A DNA stretch of 64,000 bases. Origin: Octopus bimaculoides. Its lineage: Eukaryota. This document shows positions 26,081 through 38,753 of this stretch, piece after piece. The DNA is taken from NCBI RefSeq assembly GCF_001194135.2, contig NC_068991.1:80194395-80258394 (forward strand). The letters run 5' to 3'. Numbering within the stretch: the first letter of the stretch is position 1; each line of letters starts with the position of its first letter. The position numbers were made by a program, and so were the translations under genes. The notes under the pieces are model-generated. The model did no database searches. It worked only from the letters and a program-made list of their open reading frames with translations, and was not told the origin of the DNA.

Positions 26081-26496
26081 ATCGTCACTAAGTGTGACTT
26101 AAGATGCCGGAGCACCTACATTGTTAGACATACACTTAATGCTGCAGAAAGTATGTACATTGTTATCACATTGCGCATGGCTCTTTATATCAACTTTTAG
26201 TATACGCATTAGCATTTCGCTAAATCATCCATAAATTTCTGCGGTAAAAATATATATGCTAGCAAAGGGAACTAACCGATCAAACGCCGTTCAAGCAGTC
26301 ATCACTGACGATGTTTACAGTCATATACGAAACTAGATCTAATCTGAGTGACACTTGAAGAGTCCGTAGGGTGTTTACCTCCCTTGTTAGCATATGTGTA
26401 TATTCTATGCGTTCTTCTTACAGCATTAAGAGTATTTTAACTCTTATATCTAGTAATGTAGGTGATCCGGCATCCTAAGTCACACTTAGTGACGAT
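26081..26496. mobile_element. 416-bp rod-like foldback element with long terminal inverted repeats and a central HHR
   Basis: 26081-26144 pairs with 26421-26496 (first 21 nt perfect); nested pairs 26254-26270/26380-26395, 26282-26288/26370-26376, 26290-26295/26354-26359, 26298-26304/26345-26352. Confidence 0.85.
26298..26352 (+). ncRNA. Type I hammerhead ribozyme motif at the apex of the rod
   Basis: GUCAUCA-CUGACGA-U-GUUUA-CAGUCA-UAUAC-GAAAC-UAGAUCUA-AUC-UGAGUGAC; helix I 7 bp with one bulge, helix II 4 of 5 pairs, helix III one change from palindrome ACUAGAUCUAGU; predicted cleavage after C26344. Confidence 0.7.
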
Positions 26497-26525
26497 CGTA
26501 CATACATATATATATATATATATAT

Positions 26526-26719
26526 ATGGGAGAATATACAAAAAATAACAACAGACGAGGACAGGTGGTGTAAATAACAAAAGTATGTATTAGTATGACG
26601 CTCGGGAATACGGAAAGTCTTTGACGTTTCGAGCTACGCTCTTCAACAGAAAGAATACGGAGACAAGGAGAAAAACACGGAGAAAAAAAATTGAATAGTG
26701 TTCAGTCAACGGTCAATCA
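26526..26719 (-). mobile_element. About 195-bp Penelope-pLTR/retrozyme-like element inserted in (TA)n, with HHR variant at 26617-26654
   Basis: Homologous to 41932-42132 in opposite orientation; minus strand UCUUU-CUGUUGA-A-GAG-CGUAG-CUC-GAAAC-GUC-AAAGA. Confidence 0.7.
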
Positions 26720-26946
26720 TATATATAAATTCAATAATAGGACGAATTCTTTTACAAGAATTTATCAAATAGCTAGCGTGAATATGGATATATATATGGA
26801 TATATGGATATATATATATATATATGTGTATANNNNNNNNNNNNNNNNNNNNNNNNNNNNNNNNNNNNNNNNNNNNNNNNNNNNNNNNNNNNNNNNNNNN
26901 NNNNNNNNNNNNNNNNNNNNNNNNNNNNNNNNNNNNNNNNNNNNNN

Positions 26947-26989
<43 letters not shown>

Positions 26990-27002
<13 letters not shown>

Positions 27003-27125
27003 TGTATGTCGTTATTCAGTTCTGTTTCAAGATTTCTTGCCAATAGAGAAAGAACCGGTTTCTAACCCAGATCCAAGCCTCCCTCATTAGAATTTCAATA
27101 TGAACCACAGGATATTTTTGTATGC
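26990..27125 (-). mobile_element. 3' UTR fragment of the NeSL/RLE-type LINE family at 34090 and 56180
   Basis: TTATTCAGTTCTGTTTCAAGATTTCTTGCCAATAGAGAAAGAACCGGTTTCTAACC is the reverse complement of 56499-56551. Confidence 0.75.
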
Positions 27126-27551
27126 ATGCATGCATGTATGTATGTATGTATGTATGTAGAATCATCCTCTGACTCATAGTTTCTTCCGCTATCGATAATT
27201 AATTTCTCTTACATATGGAATTGTTACACTCGTACTATTTCACTGTATGACAAAACCTTGCAGGATAGCACTTCGAAGTTACAGTCAACAAATGTTTTCT
27301 ATATTGATACAGTGTCTATATTGATGTGGCAGGCAGAATCATATGTTTATTCGGCTGGTACCGAATTGGCTGAATATCAACAAAGCTTGAAAGATGAGAA
27401 GGGAGAGAAGATAACAGCGTCTTACTTCTGACTCCATGGAGATAGAATTTTATGATATCTAAATACATTTGTTTACATTATATTTCGTCTGTCATTCGGA
27501 CTAAGTTTACCTTTTGATTAATATTTGTAGCGTCATGAAATTTGAGAATAA

Positions 27552-27592
<41 letters not shown>

Positions 27593-27757
27593 CATGTCAG
27601 ATTTCCATTATTTCCTACACCCCATCTCCCTTCTCCAACCACTAACTTTTCCTTTTCGTTATCATCATCATCATTATTATTATTATTTATTATTATTATT
27701 ATTATTAGTAGTAGTAGTAGTAGTATTAGTATTAGTATTATTATTATTATTATTATT

Positions 27758-27995
27758 CCTTCGTAACGCAGTGTAAGTAAAAAATGCACCGGAGTCTTTA
27801 GTCGTCTGTCAAGTCACAACAAGGACCTCAGACGGATAATACTTTCCTTAAGATGTGCACTGTGCCCAGTAAGGCTGCTTTTTGCAAGACATCAATCTTG
27901 CATGGGATTTCCAGTTGCCTTAAGAAGTCTTGAAGTGTAAAATGTTGTTTGAACTAAGGCGACACACGGACTGAGAAGTGCGTTGCCGATGTGAA
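27758..27995 (-). mobile_element. 3' end of an R4/Dong-like LINE with (AAT)n tail
   Basis: Minus strand LKQLEIPCKIDVLQKAALLGTVHILRKVLSV*, then a short UTR running into (AAT/ACT)n at 27660-27757. Confidence 0.75.
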
Positions 27996-28210
27996 TTTTC
28001 TTTGTTTTCTTTTTTCGTTTTTTCCTCTTTTTATTCTTATTATTCTTTTTCTCCCGTTTTCTTTTTTTTTTTCGTTTTTCCCTCTTTTTCTTGACTTTGT
28101 AAATGAACAATTGGATGTGTTTATTTTAATGGCCTACCAATGTATTCAGTGATTTCCTTTGCCCTAGCTGTCGGGAAGACACTCAGCAAGATATGGAAAC
28201 AAAATTGAAA

Positions 28211-28246
<36 letters not shown>

Positions 28247-28399
28247 TAATATCAAAAAGTTATTACAAGCTAATTTACTTAGTATGGCTGTTTGTCTTGA
28301 GATTTCGTGACAAGTCTCCTCACATCTCTATAAACTTGTATTTTTTTTTTTAGGATTCTGGCAGAATAGAGGATAACATTTTTCTACCGGATTGAATTT

Positions 28400-28620
28400 T
28401 TCAGAGGATGGCATTTTCTATAGTATGGGTATCTCAATTCCTGATGTCCATCAGTTCCTTAGCCAACATTTTCTGTGTTGTTCTAAGGGCACCAATTGCC
28501 ACGAGGACAATTTTTACCGTAGTTTTCTTCTTTCTCTTCACCTCCCTATCAAGACTCTCATATTTCTAAATTTTCACTAAGTTTTAGTTTCCACCCTGTT
28601 ATCATTTGGCATTGGAAGGT
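28400..28620 (-). mobile_element. R4/Dong-like RLE C-terminal fragment
   Basis: Minus strand PNDNRV...KY..L.REVKR..KTTVKIVLVAIGALRTTQKML with stops and frameshifts. Confidence 0.6.
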
Positions 28621-31559
28621 TTATGATCTTTTACAGTTAATTTTTTCTTTGTTCTCTACATTCATACCTGGGATTCTTGCTTCAAAAGTATAGTCTATCC
28701 TTATGTACAGGTCTCATAAAATCCTGTAGTTAACATTCAGAATGGCAGCATCTGGTTGGTGTTCACATCGCATTTTCTATCACTGAATCCACACTCTTGG
28801 ATAACATTTCACAATTACTTGTTATTTTTTTTTATCCTGTTCTTTTATTCTCCTCCATACAGAGAGAAGACTTTGGGATTTGAAATCAAATTTCAAAAAA
28901 TGCTTCAACTTGTGAATCTTACATCCTGTATAATGACATTGGGATGTAATTATATAACTATTCTGATGAAATATTACGACTACAATAACAGCTATAGGAA
29001 ATGAATATGTGATATATCGCTGATATTAATGGTTCTGTACTGTTTTTAATTATATATGCATATATGTATATATATGTGAGTTTATATTCGTGTTTAATGT
29101 ATAATATNNNNNNNNNNNNNNNNNNNNNNNNNNNNNNNNNNNNNNNNNNNNNNNNNNNNNNNNNNNNNNNNNNNNNNNNNNNNNNNNNNNNNNNNNNNNN
29201 NNNNNNNNNNNNNNNNNNNNNNNNNNNNNNNNNNNNNNNNNNNNNNNNNNNNNNNNNNNNNNNNNNNNNNNNNNNNNNNNNNNNNNNNNNNNNNNNNNNN
29301 NNNNNNNNNNNNNNNNNNNNNNNNNNNNNNNNNNNNNNNNNNNNNNNNNNNNNNNNNNNNNNNNNNNNNNNNNNNNNNNNNNNNNNNNNNNNNNNNNNNN
29401 NNNNNNNNNNNNNNNNNNNNNNNNNNNNNNNNNNNNNNNNNNNNNNNNNNNNNNNNNNNNNNNNNNNNNNNNNNNNNNNNNNNNNNNNNNNNNNNNNNNN
29501 NNNNNNNNNNNNNNNNNNNNNNNNNNNNNNNNNNNNNNNNNNNNNNNNNNNNNNNNNNNNNNNNNNNNNNNNNNNNNNNNNNNNNNNNNNNNNNNNNNNN
29601 NNNNNNNNNNNNNNNNNNNNNNNNNNNNNNNNNNNNNNNNNNNNNNNNNNNNNNNNNNNNNNNNNNNNNNNNNNNNNNNNNNNNNNNNNNNNNNNNNNNN
29701 NNNNNNNNNNNNNNNNNNNNNNNNNNNNNNNNNNNNNNNNNNNNNNNNNNNNNNNNNNNNNNNNNNNNNNNNNNNNNNNNNNNNNNNNNNNNNNNNNNNN
29801 NNNNNNNNNNNNNNNNNNNNNNNNNNNNNNNNNNNNNNNNNNNNNNNNNNNNNNNNNNNNNNNNNNNNNNNNNNNNNNNNNNNNNNNNNNNNNNNATATA
29901 TAAATACAAGGGTGAGAGAGAATGGTAGTAATGCAGATAAACACAATTAGGCTTGAAATATATATAGATATACATATAAATGTAAATCTAATGATAATCT
30001 GAAACCAAAATGCGCAGATTCTCAGGTGAAGAAACTCAGAGTTGTATGACATATTCCACCACTCTAACTGTTCTACTGTTTTGTCAGAACTTTAGGGTTC
30101 GGAGCATTTGAAGAGTTACTGTGCATTCTTTTGACCTTCTAGAAATAGCAACAAAACAGCCCTCAAAATACACAAATACCGATTTAATGAATGTCACATG
30201 AAATAACGCAATGTAAAGTGCCCTATTTCTGAAAATATGATGAGATTGTCTTGGCTGGAACGTCTTTGATTATGTACTTACTCAGTTAAGGAGTACCTCG
30301 TAGGTAAATAACTACAACCACAATTCAACATCGGGTTTTATTTTAATTAGAAATAAGTTTAAGTAAGAAAATATAGGACGTTGAGTTGTTTACAGTATTC
30401 TTACAAACATTAGTCGTCTAAATATAGTGAAATGGGTTCTCTTGGGAATCGAAACAGCATCACACATTTGAATGTACAGAATTTTGCTTGTTGTACCAAC
30501 AGCAACAGATGTAATAACTATAGTTTATACGGAAAGTTGATGAGAATGTATTGATCCGTGACAACTAGAGATCACCATTATAATTATGAGTTCCTAATAA
30601 GTGATTGATCGCGAAGATAAAACAAAAAGAAGAAAAATGATTTACAAGTCATGATCTTGTCAAGCTGTTGCTTTGAATATTTCTACAAACTGGAACTATT
30701 TATCATATTTATGACAGAATTTGTAACCCTAACTTACATACCATTCTGGGAATAATGAAAGAAAATATCAAGTAAATTAAGTTAAAGTCAAGAAATGCAA
30801 ACACCACGAGAATACGATTAATGAGAGAGGGGGAGAAGGAAAAGAGGGTAAACAGCATTTATTAGTTATTCACCTATCGTTAATCGATATGGAATGCTCT
30901 GAATGTTCATTTGATCTCTGTCAATAGATAACAAGATTATTCATATTGAAATCAATAATACGGAAAGGAAGGATGTCAATTCAGATGATAAAGTAAGCTA
31001 GGTTATAATTTAGCATCGTGAATTCTGAAATATGAGATGACGCTCGAAGCTTCAGAAAAGACATCCAAATGATTTTCTTTTTAAGAGACCTTGACACAAT
31101 TACAAGAAGGAATTCTATAAGGGTCATTGCCTGAAATACTACAACGATACAGGATTCTAACAAAAAGGATTTCTTTTTGTTCCATTTTAGCTTTTAATTT
31201 TATTTTCTGTGTTTATCTTAAACATCTCCTTTACCGTGAAGTCCGCTCAAGAATAAGATTATGTATCATCAGTGTAAAGCTCGAATCGATATCTTAGTAT
31301 TATGTTCTGATTAAAAGCGGTCAGTCGATGGCTACGATAGAATTCTGGACTAAATCCACGCAAGTATTTAGGTTCTTTTATCTATTATTACTTAAGTCCC
31401 CGTTACTGACTGTGTAGCTCGAAGGAACTCAAATCTGAACTTAGACTATGGCTTGGATAAAATGAGTATTGACTCAGTTCTGTCCTGGGTCCCTAGGAGT
31501 CATAAGGCCGGAGCATAACCCGTTTTGTATCTAAGATTAAAACCCCTCTTTCCTGAACT

Positions 31560-31707
31560 GAAATTCATTTACAGCTAAGTGAACTGGAGCAACGTGAAAT
31601 GAAGTAATTTGATCAAGAACACAACACACAGCCCGGTCGGAGAATCGAAATTACAACCCTGTGATCGTAAGTGCATAACCCCGAACACTGAACCAGGCGC
31701 TTTCACT
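31560..31707 (-). mobile_element. tRNA-derived SINE family C
   Basis: Reverse complement GCCTGGTTCAGTGTTCGGGG...GTAATTTCGATTCTCCGACC...TGTGTTGTGTTCTTGATCAAATTACTTCATTTCACGTTGCTCCAGTTCAC. Confidence 0.7.
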
Positions 31708-32219
31708 TAGAAGGAAGTGTAGAAAGTGAAATATATATGTGACTATAGCTCATGCTGCAAATCTGGTTTGTTGGAAGCTTAGTATCGTTTTGGATACTAA
31801 ACTTCATTCATTAACACATGAAATAAATACATATATATCAGGAAAATCAAAATATGAGGCAGATATGAATAGATCGATAACTCTTAAATGCAATGACGAC
31901 ATAGATTCATTTGTAAATTTGGCAGCAGATTAAATTCTTTACGCTACAGTTCATCTCAACGCCGGAATTAAGAAGGTGTTGAACGTCACACCGCTACCAT
32001 TAAGCGTAATAATGTGCTATGTTTGTAAAGGTTTGTCATCAGCTTAATCTCACACAGAACACATACCCAGCCTCTTCTTTGCTACATGATGTATTTGCCT
32101 CCTTTAGCAGATATATTAGCTAAACCATTATACTTAAACCATTATTATCTACAAAATCAGATTGCCTTATATATTTTTCTCTCTCTATTCTCATTGTTTC
32201 TTCTGATAACTTGTCATAG

Positions 32220-32267
32220 GAAGGAACATTCCATCTGATGTCATTTTGACAAATATGAAAGTTGCTC
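32220..32267 (+). CDS. Putative 48-nt internal exon (phase 1-1; RNIPSDVILTNMKVA)
   Basis: Long pyrimidine tract ending TGTCATAG (AG at 32218-32219), GTAAGT donor at 32268; only one of three frames is open and it matches the phase of 18161-18194. Confidence 0.55.
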
Positions 32268-33934
32268 GTAAGTTTCTAATATAAGCAAATATAAGGCTTT
32301 TTAATTTCATTTGTTTTCTTCGTGTTTTACTTAGGTTTCTTCCTTATTCAGGAGAAGTTAGTATTTTTGCTTAGTATCATGTTTTGTTGTTTGCAGTTAT
32401 ACTAACGACTCGTTTAAGCACAACCATTTTGCCACTAAGCACAAGGATTTTCATTGTACCAGGCTGAAAAATTGTCTTTATTTGCTTCAACGGATATGCA
32501 TTAATATGACATTACATTCTATTTGGATTAAATTGATTTTCATGCAAGATTTTGCTTTTGATTTTTGTTCTTTATACATAACCATTTAATATTTTACTCA
32601 CAATTTAACATTATAAGTTATGCAAAATTTACATGCGAGTCCGTATCATACAAAATGTATAAACATCGTTGAAAAAGCATGGTGCTGTGGTTTTTATCTG
32701 AGAGAAAAATCTCTAAATAACCACGTTGCATTAACAACACAATATCAGAGGAAGGTGAACACCGTTGCACAAGTGTCTCACGACAACGACAGAAGTATTT
32801 TGTACTGTATGGGCTTTTTTAAATGTTGACCACTCGTTTATCTCTTGTTAAAACAAATTCGTGCTTTGCTATCTAGAAAACAGTGAATTATTCACTGTTA
32901 TTGCAGAAATCTTCCCGGTCTGTTAAAATAAAATCGGTAAATGCAATTTAAACACTATTTAATTAAAATCATCAATACAAATATGGCGATTTCATTTTAA
33001 CGCTGTCTCAATAGCGTTGAACAAAACTATTTATCCAAGATTGTTTCTTAACATTTAGAAACCATAATAAAGAATTACTATGATGATAACAATTTATTGC
33101 AGTAATAATTACATGTTTTTACTTTATTGCAGCCTGTGTAAATTTGGTGTTTAAGCTCCATTCTCATACCACTATTGAAAACTGACTGTAGTTTTATAAT
33201 CTAATATTCGATATTAGCAAGTAATGTTTACCAATATTGAAATCCAAGTATACGGCTCACACGTATGGGAGGGTGGTTATAACACTTATACGCATTTTAG
33301 ACATTATCTAATATTCGATATTATCAAGAAAATATGCTGACAAATATTGAAACCCAAATGTACAGCTCAAACATACAGGGCAGTGTTTATCCTTCACGAG
33401 ATGCAAAAATCTTAGACTTTATCCAAAATAAGACTACCTGACTAACTGGAATCGAATCACTCACAAACACATACCAACTCACATATGTGCTGTGTCTCCT
33501 CGCATTTCCATTTTTGCTAATGCTTCTATTGTCTCTAATCCTCACACATGGCCGCTCTTGTAACACGTTGATTCAAGGCTACTCGATACGATCGACTTGC
33601 GTCATCTTGTCAGAAGTATTGTCTGCTCCACCCCATGCTTCTCACTAACCTTTATGACCAATCCGTCCCCCTTAGATCTGTTCACCGCGTAGAAATTTGG
33701 GTCACTACAAATGCTTACATGATTAAAATTCTTCTAATTTTGACACATGACCAGGAGTTTTGAGAGGATTGAATCTACCGCAGACGTTGACTGCTAATTT
33801 ATTTAATTGTCATAGAAAAGATCAAAGGCAAAACTGAGGTCGGACCAAATTACAATAAAGAAATTCTATCTGCAGGTCTGCCACCTTAATAAAACTACAG
33901 CTGCTGCTACTGCTGCTGTTGATGATGATGATGG

Positions 33935-33989
<55 letters not shown>

Positions 33990-34089
33990 AACAACGACGA
34001 CGACGATGAAGATGATGAAGATGATGATGATGGGGCGGAGGCGGAGGAGGATGGAACAAAGAAAAAAATCATAAAATAATATTAAGAAA

Positions 34090-34635
34090 ATAATAATCCT
34101 TTCTGCTAAAGGCACGAGGCCTAGAATTTTGGAAAGAGAACCGAAACTGTGTAGAGATGTGGAAATCAGCTGCGCAGGGGATGTAGACGTAAAGCTAAAG
34201 ATCAGTGTAAGAGAGAACACCGACACTGAACGATTGAGACATTGTCAGTTACTCTATCCAGATTATGGGTTCAGGTCTATACCTGTAATTAATGGGGCCC
34301 TGAGATATGTAACAGACAGCCTAAATCTTGAGAAATTAGGCTTCTTAAAATCAGAAAGGAACTGTACAAATCTGTAAAACTTTCCAGAAGTTTGTCATTT
34401 AAGTAAATAAGAGCATGTCTAGATATGCAACTATATGCATGAGAATACATACATAAAACAAAAATACAAATCTGCACGTATACATGCATACATACATACA
34501 TACATACACACATACATACATACATGCAAACATACCCCGTTGGTGTTGAAATCCCAATGACGGAGCCTTGGACCTATGTCAGAAACTGGTTCTTTATTGG
34601 CAAGAATCTTGAAAAATAAACTGAATAATGACATA
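34090..34635 (+). mobile_element. 3' fragment of a NeSL/R2-group RLE LINE with (CATA)n-containing 3' UTR
   Basis: VEISCAGDVDVKLKISVRENT...LLYPDYGFRSIPVINGALRYV...LEKLGF; homologous to 56180-56555; preceded by (GAT)n at 33920-34030. Confidence 0.75.
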
Positions 34636-34646
34636 CATACATATAT

Positions 34647-34685
<39 letters not shown>

Positions 34686-34689
34686 TGCA

Positions 34690-34858
34690 TATGACGGCTT
34701 TCTGCTCGTTCTTCTACCAATTCCCACTTTGTTGATATCCGTAAACCCCCAACTAGGGCGGCAGACAGTTATCCCAGTTGCCATACGGTGCGAGCGAGTT
34801 GGGAGGCACGCACGTAGTAAACGAATGCCTTTAGCTATACATAAGTGCCTGGACCCAT
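34690..34858 (-). mobile_element. SINE family B, degenerate
   Basis: Starts ATATGACGGCTTTCTG...TTCTACCAATTCCCAC, the reverse complement of the family B 3' end. Confidence 0.5.
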
Positions 34859-35413
34859 ATTTTATCATCTGAACTCTTCAGTTAATTATCTTGGAAGATC
34901 AAATGGAAAATATGATATTGCAATAGGCGTTCTTCTACCGTAAACTAATTCAATTATTTAGTTGTCGATTTGAGGAAGGGGTTGCCAAGAGTTTGTAACA
35001 CTTCAAAGATGATCGAAGCACTTTCCAGGACTTTCTCTTGTCTTTAATATGTTGAGAAGGTGAAAGGCTTTTGAAAATCAATTTCTTTTTTGTCAAGAAG
35101 TTGTATCTGGATGAAGGAGTTTTGTCATGGTATTCACCGACCATCAGTAACCGGTAAGATTAATTTTGCAATCGTTAGGCTTAAACTATGCCATGTCAAC
35201 GATTACAGGAAAGACGCACAAAGAATAGAGAATCTAGGAAGCTGACATTCTAGAAAGAAAAAAAAAACTGATTATTGAATTGAAGCCAGGAATTGAGGTG
35301 TTGCATGCAATGTGGGAGATGAAAATAGAAGTACGTGACTTGGAAGTACCTGAGTGAAGGAGGCATAAACCGGCTATTTTCGAGGAATGAAAGCTTTAGT
35401 ATCGGTAGAAAAG

Positions 35414-35451
<38 letters not shown>

Positions 35452-36742
35452 AACAGAGAGAGAAAGACAAACAGAGAGAGAAAGACAAACAGAGAGAGAA
35501 AGAGAGAGGAGATAGCACATATAGGAGTCAGAGTGGGGAGAGTGTTTGGTAGTGATATCGTAGCAAACAGTCGAGCAGATTTGTTTGGATGTTGTCTATA
35601 AATTGTGAAGAATTTCTTATTTCTCTGAGAAGATCTAAAATAGCGGAAGCCACTTCACTTTGATATACACACCTATCTTCATAGTATTTTCTGAATACTT
35701 CTTCTGCGACGTTGTTTTACATGTTTCCATTTCATAAAGCTGACAGTTCAACACTTTTTTTTCCAGAATATCTGCTAAATTATTTTATGCATGACTTTTA
35801 TGTCTTCGTCATTATATTATTGTATCCTAGGCATACATTTCTCACATCATCAAATATTATTTCACATAAAAATGTATGACTATTTCGTTTTCAGTCTCTT
35901 ACACTTTCCACCAAAAACAGAGCATTTTTTTTTTTTGCTAGTTTCTGAAATATCCTTTCTATAATTTATACTGAATCAAAAGAATAAAAAAGAAACAGTA
36001 ACCATTGTAACCTTTTCCAAGTACTTTAGATCGGATGGATAAAGACATTTGAATAAGTTTACAATGATAAATGTTCAGTTTGATCCGTTGACGATTAGTG
36101 AGGGAAGAAGGTTATATTGGAAGGAGAGATGCCAAAAGTCATTTATCTGGCAACTACGTAGAGTTAGATATGATTACTATGATAAATGATCAACTTGAAG
36201 TGGTAAAGACCAGTGTTTAAAAAAGAGTATTTTGAAAGGGGAGCTACGGAGAACATTATAGCTCTGGGTTGGAATGGTTGTGTCTTGATAGTAAAATTAG
36301 ATGGATGGAAGACTGCCAGGTAGATGGTACCTGTAACTAAAACATCTCATCATTTCACATTGTGACACAATATGTTAACCTGAGGATACATTACAGAAAG
36401 GTATCTGTTGGATATTCAGCCATTTACGCGCGAATTCAGTGGACCAAAGTTCATTCATTTCACTATTCTATCAAGATCTTCTTTTGGGTTGATCTTCAGA
36501 ATATTGATGAGGTCTATTGATAAGGTCTGAAATGACGGCGAAAGTATTCTGGGAAACCAATTTGAATGATCGATCAAGCTAGCGATTGGCGAAACAAGTG
36601 ATTAGTTAACAGGTTAATTAGTTAATTTGTTGACTAATGATATTAAAGTATTAAAGATGATGATGGGAAGAAGAAGAAGAAGAAGAAGAAGAAGAAGAAG
36701 AAGAAGAAGAAGAAGAAGAAGAAGAAGAAGAAGAAGAAGAAG

Positions 36743-36790
<48 letters not shown>

Positions 36791-36792
<2 letters not shown>

Positions 36793-38490
36793 GAGCTGCG
36801 CACCCCAGTGAGTAGCAGACTGGGTGCGAAAAATCAGCTACTGGTTCAAATCTTGTCGAAACACAGGAGCTGGAAGTACCCCACACCCGGAATATTCCAA
36901 CAGATGGCCATCCACGCTCGTCATCAAATAACCAAAAGAGCAAGAATGAAAAATGGTCAAGGGGAGATAATAAAGAAGATCTTAAGGCCTTCTATCGTGC
37001 CATGTATTTTCCCACAAATAAATCTAATACTGAACAAACCTACCTAAACTGGAGAGACAAGCACCTTGAAGTAAGATTCTACATAGACAGTAACAAACTT
37101 ACCAACGTCAGGAGAAACATTATGGGAAAGAAATTCCTAACTGAATTAGAGATTGACCAAATTAAACAATCAGTAAGAGATAAAGGGAACAAAGTTGCAG
37201 CTAAAGAAGAGCCAATGTAACTAATAAACAAAGTGAAATACTCTCTGAACCAGCCATAAGTACCAAGGCTGATGAAAATCAAATAGATGAAGAAAGCCTC
37301 ACTGAAATTGACCCAACTGAACAAGATGATCTAAAAAAATCAAATCATGATTGAATGGCTGAAACTTAAAGAATCCAGTATGAATGAACGTGACACTCTC
37401 CTAAAAATTCGCAACTCAAACCAAATCCTGAAATGGAGAGGCTGGCTGAAACTGTGCGGTTGTGCAGCAAGGATATAGGGATAAAATTCGGTATAACGAA
37501 GTGTGCTGTTCTCAGTTTGAAACGGGAGAAGAAAACAGATTGTAGGAGCATAGAATTGCCAAACGGAGAGTGAATGGAAGACCCGGATAATGATAGGTAC
37601 AAGTACCATAGGATCCTGGAGATGGATAATATCTTCTACAGAGAAATGAAAGACAAGGTCATCAGTGCATATTTCAAGCGCCTCAAACTTCTCTTGAAAT
37701 CAAAACTCAACTCCAGGAACTTTGTGACTGTCATTAACATATGTGATGTTACTGTAGTCCGCTACGGTGCACCCATCCTGAAATGGACGCAAGCAGAGAT
37801 TGACCAACTTGATCGCACTACCCGAAAGACAATGACAATGTATGGTGCCCTTCACCCTAAGGCAAATGTCACAGGCTCTACGTGAAGAGAGGTAAGGGCT
37901 AACGTGGGCTTATTAGCGTACGGGAATTCATCAACAGTGAAAGAAGAAACATGACAGAATATTTGGTAAACAGCAAACAAGACCTGCTACAGTATGCTGC
38001 TAATGCAGAACGATTTAACAAAAATGGACTTGAGGGTACTCATGAATTATAATCAAGAACAGCCAACGAGAGAGAAGAAAGCCTGCTCCGCATGGAATTA
38101 CATGATCAGTTCCACCATGAAACCAACAAATTAAAAAACCAGGGAGCATCATGGCTGACCTAAAAAAGAATACTGAAAGCCTAAGCATCGCTGCCCAGAA
38201 GCAGGTATTGAATACCAATTCAATGAAAAAGAATATATGCCACACAAGTGCAAGGGACCTCTGCAGAATGTGTGAGAACGGGATTGAGAGCGTGACGTAC
38301 ATCGTTAGTGCATGTGAAAGTCTTGCGCAGAAAGTGTACAAGTGTAGACACGACAAAGTAGCCAAAGACCTCCACTGGCTAATATGTCGTCAGTATGGAT
38401 ATGGTGTTACGGAAAAGGTGATGGACGAAAAGGGGAAGGCAAAAATCTTCTGAGACTTTGACTTCCAGACAGACAAGGTATTAGAGCAAA
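36791..38490 (+). mobile_element. Internally deleted R4/Dong-clade non-LTR retrotransposon (pseudogenised)
   Basis: N-terminal ...NKLTNVRRNIMGKKFLTELEIDQIK; late RT KDIGIKFGITKCAVL; LLKSKLNSRNFVTVIN...LDRTTRKTMTMYGALHPK; CCHC CRMCENGIESVTYIVSAC; RHDKVA; start of RLE DFDFQTDKVLE. Flanked by (AAG)n(AAC)n at 36668-36790 and (AAT/AAC)n at 38652-38813. Confidence 0.9.
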
Positions 38491-38671
38491 AGTAGAAAAA
38501 AGTAATTAGAATAAATGAAAATACAAAAAGTGGAAAAATAATTAAAATAAATACAAAAGTTTAGAAAAAAGAATTAAAATAAATACAAAAGTGGAAAAAA
38601 TTAAAATAAAAGAAAATGCAAAAGTATAAAAAATAATTACAGTAAAAGAGAATAATAATAATAATATTAAC

Positions 38672-38709
<38 letters not shown>

Positions 38710-38753
38710 CAACAACAACAAGAATAACAACAACAACAACAACAATAATAATG

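Noticed and set aside
36080-36600. Possible CR1 RT relic
   Set aside because: Only faint fragments (KIRWMEDC); motif order could not be established.
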